NCBI GenBank assembly: GCA_965369865.1
Contig: CBDURU010000045.1
Coordinates: 1 to 24,859, forward strand
DNA: 24,859 nucleotides
Source: an uncultured bacterium
GTDB lineage: Bacteria > JAJVIF01 > JAPKYR01
Direction: 5' to 3'
The translations under genes were made by a program, and so were the position numbers. The notes beneath the pieces were generated by a model, which was given only the letters and a program-made list of their open reading frames with translations, ran no database searches and was not told where the DNA came from. Shown here one piece after another: positions 1 through 8,523 of the stretch (its first letter is position 1; every line of letters begins with the position of its first letter).

Positions 1-159
1 AGTGTTTGGATGTTGTATTTGTCCTGAATTGTCTGATCCGGATGTAATTTCCGGATTGGCAGACGGCACCACAGGACTTCCGCCGCCGCCACCAGAACAT
101 CCTATCGCAACGAATGAACTGAACATGATCGCCGCGAAAAGAACTGTCCATCGATTCAT
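1..159 (-). CDS. Lipoprotein, 5' part only (runs off the window)
   Basis: Not in the ORF track. Reverse strand reads ATG(159) MNRWTVLFAAIMFSSFVAIG-C-SGGGGGSPVVPSANPEITSG..., open to base 1. AAGGAGG RBS at 167-173; hydrophobic signal peptide ending in a lipobox-like AIGC. Confidence 0.85.
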   Translation of the reverse strand, partial: MNRWTVLFAAIMFSSFVAIGCSGGGGGSPVVPSANPEITSGSDNSGQIQHPNT

Positions 160-622
160 ACTGTTGCCTCCTTAAACATTTTTCAATATTTATTACTAAT
201 GCCATAGCGCATTGACAATGAATTTGCCGCAATAGCAGAATTTATTGTTGATTTGCTAAATTAATTATTTTTACTGATAAATTTTGAAGATGGAAAAATC
301 CGAATGCACTGGTATAGATACAAAAACACTTTTACCAACTATATTGCCGATTAATAATCTTGAGACTAATTATATACGGTAGCATAAAATTGTTGATTCA
401 ACAAGTTGCAATGAATGCTTGTAACGGCAGTATGAGAATGTCCTCTTTAACGGTCTTCTGTCCGGTTCCTGTTCGTCGGCTACGACTTCCTTCAAATCCC
501 GCCCTGTGACTACTCGCTTGCCCTCATGGAGAAAAGGCTGATTGTCCATAAAAATTGACATTATCAACTCCACAATAAAATGCGAGTAACCTGATTTTCA
601 GATGGGTTTTCATGTGCCGGAG

Positions 623-1744
623 TCACTTACCACCGAGTTGGCCGCATGCCGCCATTGCCTCCCTGCCCCGGTTTTTGCGAATGAATGTGCTTACACCGAT
701 TTCGATTAGTTTTTGCTGGATGCTTAATACGGTTTTGTGCGGCGGGGTCTTGTATTTCGACCCTTTGACAGGATTGTATGGGATCAGGTTAACCTTCACG
801 TTTCGGAAAATTGGCTTAAGATAACCGCTGAGTTTCTTTACATGGTCGGGGGAATCGTTTACACCGGCCAGAACAACATATTCCAGGGTCACTTTATCTC
901 TTCCGTTGGCATCCAGAGATGAAATAAATGCCGCTATCGCTTTGAGATTGAACTTTTTATTAACCGGCATAATTTTCGACCTCAAAGCATCGGTTGCGGC
1001 GTTAAGGCTGATCGCAAGCCGGATTTTCGGAAATTTGCGATGAGTGGCTCCCAGGCGTTCCAGCTCACCCGATGTTGAAACCACGATTCGTCTCTGCGAT
1101 AACCCGAGGCCGTCGGGATGTGTGAGAATTTCAATTGCGGCTGAGACAGCTTCAAAATTGTGCATCGGTTCACCCATCCCCATAAAAAGAACCGTATCCG
1201 GAAGCCGTCCATATAAAGCAAGCGAATGCACTACCTGGTATACAATTTCCCCTGTGGTCAGTTGGGCCTTCAATCCGAGCGCCCCTGTCGCGCAGAAACT
1301 GCATCCCGCAGCACATCCCAGTTGAGATGAAATGCAAAGTGTAAACCTTTTAGACTTTTCGCTTCCGGATTTAAGACTTTTCCCATCCTTGAGGCCGGTG
1401 ACGTCGGTTTTATCCGCAGGCATCCAGACACTTTCCAGGAGAGCTTTATTACGTGCTTTGTCCTGGACCTCGTAAGCATGTTTAATGGTTCCGTCCGATG
1501 ATTCGACCGTGGTTCGCAGGTCCAGAGGGATCAGCTTTACAGTATCCGAAAGCCGTTTCCTCAGCGATCCCGGCAGTGTGGTCATATCGTCGATTTTGCC
1601 GACAGGATGATGGTAGAGAAAATCGAGCACCTGTTTCGCGCGGTATCGTTTTTCCCCTATCGACAGGAAAAAGCTCTCCATTTCCTGTGGAGTGAGATCG
1701 TAGAGTGATGTCACCAGCGGTTTGCGATTAACCATACCGGCCAC
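623..1744 (-). CDS. rlmN: Dual-specificity 23S rRNA (A2503)/tRNA C2-methyltransferase RlmN (radical SAM)
   Basis: TLCISSQLGCAAGCSFCATG (CxxxCxxC), MGMGEP, VNLIPYN, C-terminal AACGQL. Start is GTG 1744 or ATG 1735. Confidence 0.95.
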   Translation of the reverse strand: MAGMVNRKPLVTSLYDLTPQEMESFFLSIGEKRYRAKQVLDFLYHHPVGKIDDMTTLPGSLRKRLSDTVKLIPLDLRTTVESSDGTIKHAYEVQDKARNKALLESVWMPADKTDVTGLKDGKSLKSGSEKSKRFTLCISSQLGCAAGCSFCATGALGLKAQLTTGEIVYQVVHSLALYGRLPDTVLFMGMGEPMHNFEAVSAAIEILTHPDGLGLSQRRIVVSTSGELERLGATHRKFPKIRLAISLNAATDALRSKIMPVNKKFNLKAIAAFISSLDANGRDKVTLEYVVLAGVNDSPDHVKKLSGYLKPIFRNVKVNLIPYNPVKGSKYKTPPHKTVLSIQQKLIEIGVSTFIRKNRGREAMAACGQLGGK

Positions 1745-1835
1745 ACTTTACCAAAATCCCTGAAAAATATAGAGATTTAATGTCAGTTTTCGGGTTTCCC
1801 AACCGTTAGGTAAATAGCGATCTGATATTTCAGAT

Positions 1836-3035
1836 ATGGAGCCTTGCATGCAAAATTCGAAAATGGACCTGACTTTATTCGAGAAGGAATTACATGAATT
1901 CGACTGGGAACCGACTGTCGAGGAAATATCGCTGGCCCTCGAATTGAACACCCTTAACCCTTTCAGATTGCAGTTCCGGCGCCTAAGAACGATTTTCAGA
2001 AGTTTTAAGGCAATTTACGAAGCCCGTATATACGATCTCGACGGAATACCTGACTGGAAGGGGATACACCGGGATAATTACTTGAAACGGGTCAGTGAAA
2101 TAAAACCGGGCACGGAAATGGCGAAAATTCCCGGAGACGTCAAAATCATTACATATTTTGACAGCCGCTATCCAAGGCAGCTCAGGGAAATTTATGATCC
2201 ACCGCCTGTGCTGTATGTACTGGGTGACATCTCCTATGATTATAAAACCTCATTGTCTATTGTAGGGACAAGGTTGAACTCCGATCATGGACGCTCGATC
2301 ACTGAGCAATTCTCCTATCAGTTGGCAAGTTGGGGATTCACGATTATATCGGGTGGGGCAAGGGGGATAGATTCAATTTCGCACCAGGGAGCGCTCCAGG
2401 CAGGGGGAGTAACTTTCGCGGTTTTGGGAAACGGTATAGATGTTGTATTTCCCGCTGAAAATAAAAAATTATTCCAGGAAATTTCAAATAATGGCGCGTT
2501 GATCTCCGAATTTCCAATGGGAACGGTTCCTGAAAAATTCAATTTTCCCGCACGTAACAGGATAATAGCAGCTCTCGGACGCGGGACCCTCATTATCGAG
2601 GCACCGGAAAGATCGGGGGCATTGATTACCGCAGATCTGGCTATGCAGGGCGGTAAAGAGGTGTTCGTGATCCCCGGACGGCTTACCGATAAGCGGTCGT
2701 CGGGCACTAACAAATTGATCCAGGATGGGGCACACCTCGTATCTGATCCATCCGATATCACCATCCGGTTCGGTTTGACAATTATGGAGGACAGCAACCA
2801 GTCACCCGAGCAGGAAACCGTTCAATTAACCGGCGACGAAAAATTGATCTATGAAGCTGTCGGACTTGAGGCGAAGGAGACGGATATCCTTGTGAGGGAG
2901 ATCGGGTTGCCGGCTCAACGGGTTTTGTCGGCGTTACTGGTGCTGCAAACCCGGGGGCTGATTAAAGAGCTGCCTGGAAGCCGTTTCGTGAGGCCTGTAA
3001 GACAATTGGGAAAACCGATCCGGCGAAACAATTGA
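1836..3035 (+). CDS. dprA: DNA-processing protein DprA/Smf
   Basis: YPRQLREIYDPPPVLY, SIVGTR, IISGGARGIDS, FPARNRII, SGALITA, C-terminal winged-helix-like region; directly upstream of topA. Start may be a later ATG (1848 or 1863). Confidence 0.95.
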   Translation: MEPCMQNSKMDLTLFEKELHEFDWEPTVEEISLALELNTLNPFRLQFRRLRTIFRSFKAIYEARIYDLDGIPDWKGIHRDNYLKRVSEIKPGTEMAKIPGDVKIITYFDSRYPRQLREIYDPPPVLYVLGDISYDYKTSLSIVGTRLNSDHGRSITEQFSYQLASWGFTIISGGARGIDSISHQGALQAGGVTFAVLGNGIDVVFPAENKKLFQEISNNGALISEFPMGTVPEKFNFPARNRIIAALGRGTLIIEAPERSGALITADLAMQGGKEVFVIPGRLTDKRSSGTNKLIQDGAHLVSDPSDITIRFGLTIMEDSNQSPEQETVQLTGDEKLIYEAVGLEAKETDILVREIGLPAQRVLSALLVLQTRGLIKELPGSRFVRPVRQLGKPIRRNN

Positions 3036-3160
3036 AACATTAATAAATAAAAAAATTATTTTTTAATTTTAATTGTGGAAATAATCCCGCCTTAACCTGT
3101 GATATTTACACTGAACCGCGGTTTATCTTATTTATGCTGACCGGGAATTCAGAGTTAACA

Positions 3161-3213
3161 GTAGGAACGCTGCTTGCTGCGTCCCTGATGGGCAGAGCAA
3201 GCACTACCCCTAC
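3161..3213. repeat. GTAG-type REP doublet (inverted pair)
   Basis: GTAGGAACGCTGCTTGCTGCGTCCC-tgat-GGGCAGAGCAAGCACTACCCCTAC; both arms start GTAGG and share TGCTTGCT; further flanked by ATTCAGA/TCTGAAT. Confidence 0.75.
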
Positions 3214-3317
3214 AATGAAATTCTGAATCATCGCGCAGCACCATAAATCGCGGGTGGTATCTCGTGGGTGATGATTTAATTTTAATTGCCCTGGAGACAT
3301 AAATTTCATTAATACGG

Positions 3318-3345
3318 TTGACAGGGGAGAATTATTGTTTAGGAT
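3318..3345 (+). promoter_or_regulatory. Sigma70-type promoter for topA
   Basis: Perfect TTGACA (3318-3323), 16-bp spacer, TAGGAT (3340-3345), about 90 bp upstream of the topA ATG. Confidence 0.55.
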
Positions 3346-3436
3346 ATGTCGATCGATAGCTAAAATTGTCAGTTACTTATTAATGATAAATAACGAAGTG
3401 AAGTAATCAGACTAAAATACATGCGCCAGGTGCAAT

Positions 3437-5860
3437 ATGACTGAAGATAATGGTTCACAAAATCCAAAGACCAGGCCGGCAAAATCGAAAAAGAAACATT
3501 CGGTGAAAGCCGGAAAACCACTTGTCATTGTCGAGAGTAAGGCAAAAGCCAGGACTGTCGCGCGCTATCTTGGACGGGCTTACAACGTAAAAGCCTGCCT
3601 TGGCCATGTACGGGACCTGCCGAAAACATCCCTCGGCATCGACCTTGAGCACGATTTCAAGCCGAATTACGTCACAAACCGCGACAGGCGTGAGATCGTT
3701 CAGGATATAAAGGATGCTGCTAAGAAAGCATCCCAGATTTTTATTGCTACCGACCCCGACCGCGAGGGAGAAGCTATCGCCTGGCATTTAAACCACATCC
3801 TCAAGAAACCCGAAATTACCAAAAGGATTGAATTCAACGAGGTCACGCGCAAAGCGGTCAAACAGGCCATCTCAAAACCGAGAGACATCGACCTCAACCG
3901 TGTCAACGCTCAACAGGCTCGACGGATACTCGATCGCCTTGTGGGTTATAACCTTTCCCCATACCTCTGGCGCGAACTGGCAAGCGGACTTTCGGCTGGC
4001 AGGGTTCAATCTGTCGCCACAAAATTAATCTGCGACCGTGAAGAGGATATAGATAAATTTGTACCGGTGGAATACTGGACAATTGATGGATTGTTCAGGA
4101 AATCAGGCGATGAAAAGGACGCTTACCCGTCATTTAAATCAAACCTTGCGCGGATCGACGGCGAACCGATGAAGATAGGCAATGGTGATGACGCCGGCGC
4201 GGCTGTCCGTGAACTTGCGGAACAGGACTTCAAGGTCGGGAGTGTTATTACAAAGACAATCACCAAACGTCCATACGCTCCCTTTATTACTTCCACCCTG
4301 CAGCAGGAAGCGTCAAAGCGGCTTGGATTTACGGCTCGGAAAACCATGACTATCGCCCAGCAGTTGTACGAAGGTATCGATGTTGGCGAAGGCGGCGAGG
4401 AAGGTCTTATCACGTACATGAGAACCGATTCGGTTCGAGTGTCCGACGAGGCTGTCAAACTCGCCAGAGAATTAATTACTGAAACATTCGGCGCGAAATA
4501 TCTTCCTGAGAAGCCAAATGTATTTAAATCAAAGAAAAGGGCACAGGACGCTCACGAGGCGATCAGGCCGACTGTCCCCGATCGATCCCCGGACTTGATC
4601 GGGAATTTCCTGAACCAGGACCAGGCCAAATTATACAAACTGATCTGGACAAGGTTTATCGCTAGCCAGATGAATCCGGGTCGCGATGAGCAGTTGACTG
4701 TGGAAATTGAGGGTGGACGATACCAGTTTCGATCGACACAGACCAGCATGGCTTTTGATGGTTTCAGGAAAGTGTATCCGGTCAGGACTCCAAACGGTAA
4801 CGATCAGGTTCCACTGCCGCCATTACAGGATGGAGAAGAATTAATGGCGGAGGAATTCCTTCCCGAGCAGCATTTTACCAAGCCTCCCCCAAGATATACC
4901 ACCGCCAGCCTCGTTAAGACGCTGGAAGAACAGGGTATCGGACGGCCTTCAACATACGCGCCCACCATTTCCACGATCATTGACAGAAAATATGTCAAGC
5001 GAGAGGGGCAGACATTTCATCCGACCGACCTTGGCAAACAGGTTAATACGCTTCTCCTCGCGAAGTTCTCAGACATAATTAATGAGGGATTTACGGCCCG
5101 GATGGAAGATAACCTCGATCTGGTCCAGTCCGGCGAAAAAGACTGGGTCGACAGTGTCAGGGAATTTTATACGCCTTTCCTTGTGAACCTTCGGGAGGCT
5201 CTCGACATGGAATGCCCGAAATGCCAGGCTCCCGTGGCAATACGGAACGGCCGGTACGGTGCGTTCTTTGCTTGTACCAGGTATCCTGACTGTGACTGGA
5301 GGGCGTCTATCTCACCAAAGAAACAGGCTGAAGCTCCCGAAGTACTGGATGAGAAGTGTCCTCAATGCGGCAAAGACCTGGTCCTTAAGCACGGCCGGTA
5401 TGGTAAATTCGCCGCCTGCACGGGATTCCCCGACTGCCGCTTCACGCAATCCATTGAGGACTCTAAGGATGAACCGGGTACATCGGCGGAAGGCGGTACT
5501 GCCAAACGGGAAATTAAATACGCCGAACTTCCATGTCCAAAATGCGAAGCCAGGATGATACTCCGGAGAAGCCGGTCGGGACGGTTCTGGGGATGCGAGA
5601 AGTATCCTGATTGCGATGGAATCCGCCCTTATACGATCGGCGTGAAGTGCCCCCGTAATGGTTGCGATGGTGAATATGTCGAGCGTAGAACCCGTAAGGG
5701 CAAGATATTCTATGGCTGCTCTAAATACCCTGAATGTAACGAAACGAGCTGGACCTTCCCTGGCAAGCGGGATACATCGGATGCCGAAAAGAAAGCCCCG
5801 GACGCTGCCGAACCCGGTGAAACCTCCGATGCTTCCACTGCCACCCAGCCATCTGAATAG
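3437..5860 (+). CDS. topA: DNA topoisomerase I (type IA) with four C-terminal Zn-ribbon repeats
   Basis: TOPRIM LVIVES..KA and ATDPDREGE, SAGRVQS, catalytic LITYMRTDS, AHEAIRPT, GIGRPSTY, four CPxC...C..YP.C repeats. Confidence 0.98.
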   Translation: MTEDNGSQNPKTRPAKSKKKHSVKAGKPLVIVESKAKARTVARYLGRAYNVKACLGHVRDLPKTSLGIDLEHDFKPNYVTNRDRREIVQDIKDAAKKASQIFIATDPDREGEAIAWHLNHILKKPEITKRIEFNEVTRKAVKQAISKPRDIDLNRVNAQQARRILDRLVGYNLSPYLWRELASGLSAGRVQSVATKLICDREEDIDKFVPVEYWTIDGLFRKSGDEKDAYPSFKSNLARIDGEPMKIGNGDDAGAAVRELAEQDFKVGSVITKTITKRPYAPFITSTLQQEASKRLGFTARKTMTIAQQLYEGIDVGEGGEEGLITYMRTDSVRVSDEAVKLARELITETFGAKYLPEKPNVFKSKKRAQDAHEAIRPTVPDRSPDLIGNFLNQDQAKLYKLIWTRFIASQMNPGRDEQLTVEIEGGRYQFRSTQTSMAFDGFRKVYPVRTPNGNDQVPLPPLQDGEELMAEEFLPEQHFTKPPPRYTTASLVKTLEEQGIGRPSTYAPTISTIIDRKYVKREGQTFHPTDLGKQVNTLLLAKFSDIINEGFTARMEDNLDLVQSGEKDWVDSVREFYTPFLVNLREALDMECPKCQAPVAIRNGRYGAFFACTRYPDCDWRASISPKKQAEAPEVLDEKCPQCGKDLVLKHGRYGKFAACTGFPDCRFTQSIEDSKDEPGTSAEGGTAKREIKYAELPCPKCEARMILRRSRSGRFWGCEKYPDCDGIRPYTIGVKCPRNGCDGEYVERRTRKGKIFYGCSKYPECNETSWTFPGKRDTSDAEKKAPDAAEPGETSDASTATQPSE

Positions 5861-5870
5861 TAAAGACCGC

Positions 5871-6722
5871 TTATTCAAAGTACTTCAGTGAAAGCTCCAG
5901 TGTGGTTAATTCAAATATCTCGCCAGTGTCATTTACAAACTCCCTGGTGTAACTGCGCACGACCCCGGTGTGTTTCCCTTCACCTATTTTGATTATGTAC
6001 CCGACCGTCTCATAACTAAATACATCTACCAGACTTGGCCCGTACGAGGCTGTCCAGGCAAATCGTGTCGGACGATAATCATTGATGGCATTTTCGTTTT
6101 CTGAAATGTTAAAGTAATAATGTGCAAGGTCATTGAATTCGTCGAGACCGATATAATCGTCAATTATGCACACTTCGATTAACCCTTCGTCCGGCAGCCC
6201 GACAACGACAAGCCTGGCGTCATCAAATTGGGCGGCCAGACTGAACCAGTCATAGTTTACGGAATTAATATTGCCCATTCGGAATGTATTATCAAGGAAA
6301 TCGTGTTCCGAGTTCATCCTGGCTAAAGAGATCAATTCACTGGTGATCACCCATGGAGTGAAAGCCTGTGAGAGAGCAAATGCGGTTTTGTCAATCCTTT
6401 CATCGGTTCTTTCGATTTCCGGACACTGATCCGGCCACTTTAAAGAGGAATAGGTGAAATAAGTTGCATGGAATGCAATTAAAAGCCCTGGATCTCTGGA
6501 TTCCGGGCCATTGGTTATGAGGTCAATCGGTTGTGGCCCAATGACTGTCATAATATCATCCCAGGCGGTCCACGGTACTGTTTTCTCAGCATCTTCTGTT
6601 TCCCCAAGAAGTGATGTATCCTTAGCCCTTGCAAGTACTTCGCCGCACGAAACAGACAGCAGCGATAATGCAAATGAAGCGAGCGTAAGTAATGTATTTA
6701 TTTGATATTTTGCGGTTTTCAT
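5871..6722 (-). CDS. Hypothetical lipoprotein
   Basis: 283-aa ORF convergent with topA; N-terminus MKTAK...LLTLASFALSLLSVS-C (lipobox-like); no family recognised. Confidence 0.75.
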   Translation of the reverse strand: MKTAKYQINTLLTLASFALSLLSVSCGEVLARAKDTSLLGETEDAEKTVPWTAWDDIMTVIGPQPIDLITNGPESRDPGLLIAFHATYFTYSSLKWPDQCPEIERTDERIDKTAFALSQAFTPWVITSELISLARMNSEHDFLDNTFRMGNINSVNYDWFSLAAQFDDARLVVVGLPDEGLIEVCIIDDYIGLDEFNDLAHYYFNISENENAINDYRPTRFAWTASYGPSLVDVFSYETVGYIIKIGEGKHTGVVRSYTREFVNDTGEIFELTTLELSLKYFE

Positions 6723-6911
6723 CTTTTTTTTCTACTGGCATTATTTGAATTAGTTTGGCTGTAATGGCACAGCCCAACCGTTTGGTGGATCAGTCCAGTC
6801 CCAGATATAGAAAACAGGTGCGATTGAAGAACTTGACGTCCCGCTGTGTTTGATCAAACATACACGATCATATCTGGGAATGGTAGTTCACTAATAACAA
6901 AATTCGCGTGG

Positions 6912-6992
6912 CGTCGACACGCAAAGTGAGACATCTCCATCCCCCAAACTGTTCATAATCCCCCCCGTCGAACGTGCTTGTCGACGAAATCA
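6912..6992. repeat. REPIN-like hairpin unit, copy 1
   Basis: CGTCGACACGCA...TGCTTGTCGACG inverted arms (11/12 paired); ends match the copy at 7064-7143. Confidence 0.75.
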
Positions 6993-7023
6993 TCAAACCA
7001 TTTTTAATTCCTTTTCCTGGTGC

Positions 7024-7041
7024 GCCGACATTCCTGTCGGC
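7024..7041. repeat. Short perfect palindrome, REP-like
   Basis: GCCGACA-ttcc-TGTCGGC, located between the two REPIN-like units. Confidence 0.6.
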
Positions 7042-7063
7042 ATCCATCAATAAAATCGGGTAC

Positions 7064-7143
7064 CGTCGACACGCTTAGTGAGACATACCCATCCCGCGCG
7101 CCTCTAAAAATCTCCGGGTCGAACGTGCTTGTCAACGAAATCA
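7064..7143. repeat. REPIN-like hairpin unit, copy 2
   Basis: CGTCGACACGCttAGTGAGACAT...GTCGAACGTGCTTGTCaACGAAATCA; direct repeat of 6912-6992 with a divergent central loop. Confidence 0.75.
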
Positions 7144-7217
7144 CCCCCTCCGCATGATTTTTTCTTTGACTCTCGTTTAAAAATCAGTACCGTTAACTTT
7201 CCATCAGGTTATCAACT

Positions 7218-8408
7218 ATGGCCAGAATCCCGACAGTGCTGTCAGTTTACGGAACCCGTCCCGACGCTATCAAAATGGCTCCCATGGTCCTGGAGCTTCA
7301 GAAACGCGACTCGATCCGGCACATTTCATGCGTGACCGGGCAGCACCGCCAGATGCTCGACCAGGTGCTGGACCTGTTCGATATCAAACCGGACCACGAT
7401 CTCGACATCATGACCGAACGTCAGTCACTCGAAGAGATCGCGACCCGGGTCCTGTTGAAACTGCCTGAAATCCTCGATGAGGTCCAACCGGATATCGTTC
7501 TCGTGCACGGGGATACTTCAACGGCATTCGTTTCCGCGCTTTCCGCATACTACAGGGGTTTCAAGGTCGGGCATGTCGAAGCCGGATTACGGACGCCGGA
7601 TCTCTATATCCCGTTCCCCGAGGAAGCGAATCGAAGGCTGATCGATACAATTTGCTCGCTTCATCTGGCCCCGACAGAAAATGCGCGGGCGGCGCTTTTA
7701 AATGAGGGAAAGTCGGACGAGGGAATTTTTGTTACCGGGAATACGGTTGTCGACGCGTTGATCTACGCCTCAAAGCAGGTCCAATTAACACAGGTTCACC
7801 CTTCAATTTCCGATTTAGTGCTCGCTGAAAATGACATCGTTACAATCACCGCTCACCGCAGGGAATCATGGGGGGATGATCTTAAAAGTATCGCGGAAGC
7901 ACTTGTGGAACTGGCTGATAAATTCCCGAATATTAATTTTGTCTTCCCGATTCATCTCAATCCCATTGTTAGGGAGAACATGCTGCCGATCATGGAAGGT
8001 CGGGGCAACCTGCTGGTAATCGAACCACTCGGTTATCTTGATTTCGCGGCATTAATGAACAGATCGTGCCTGATTTTAACCGATTCAGGAGGAATCCAGG
8101 AAGAGGCGCCTTCGCTGGGAAAACCTGTACTGGTAATGCGAAATGTAACTGAGCGGGAGGAAGGAATCGCGGCTGGTTGCCTGAAACTTGTTGGAACCGA
8201 TACGGGTAAAATTGTTGAAACCACCGCAGAGCTCCTTTCCGATAGATCGGAATATGAAAAAATGGCAAGGGCGGGAAATCCTTACGGGGACGGGAAAGCA
8301 TCGTGGCGAATCGCGAATATCCTCGAGAAAGTCTTGAATAATGAAGCGATTGATCCGGGAAAAAGACAAAACGACAATTTTCACTTCACCCCGCATTCAG
8401 ATTATTAA
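7218..8408 (+). CDS. wecB: UDP-N-acetylglucosamine 2-epimerase (non-hydrolysing)
   Basis: GTRPDAIKMAP, TGQHRQML, VHGDT, GHVEAGLR, PFPEEANR, TGNTVVDAL, TAHRRE, TDSGGIQEEAP, NPYGDG. Confidence 0.96.
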   Translation: MARIPTVLSVYGTRPDAIKMAPMVLELQKRDSIRHISCVTGQHRQMLDQVLDLFDIKPDHDLDIMTERQSLEEIATRVLLKLPEILDEVQPDIVLVHGDTSTAFVSALSAYYRGFKVGHVEAGLRTPDLYIPFPEEANRRLIDTICSLHLAPTENARAALLNEGKSDEGIFVTGNTVVDALIYASKQVQLTQVHPSISDLVLAENDIVTITAHRRESWGDDLKSIAEALVELADKFPNINFVFPIHLNPIVRENMLPIMEGRGNLLVIEPLGYLDFAALMNRSCLILTDSGGIQEEAPSLGKPVLVMRNVTEREEGIAAGCLKLVGTDTGKIVETTAELLSDRSEYEKMARAGNPYGDGKASWRIANILEKVLNNEAIDPGKRQNDNFHFTPHSDY

Positions 8409-8523
8409 CATTTATAGAGTTCTTAAAGGAAACAATCCTCTGTGACTTCCTGAATCTAATCATATAAGTCTGTTGGTGATCCAATTAGCCTGCCCGATTA
8501 TGGTGGAGGGTTCATTTTACGCT

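Noticed and set aside
370..573. Small ORF downstream of rlmN
   Set aside because: A GGAG precedes an internal ATG, but there is no recognisable motif; cannot be supported as a gene.
6868..7050. 60-aa reverse-strand ORF
   Set aside because: It is a translation of the palindromic repeats (ADRNVGAP comes from the GCCGACA palindrome).
6912..7143. CRISPR array
   Set aside because: Only two units made of two different conserved blocks with inverted arms; no regular repeat-spacer period; no cas genes.
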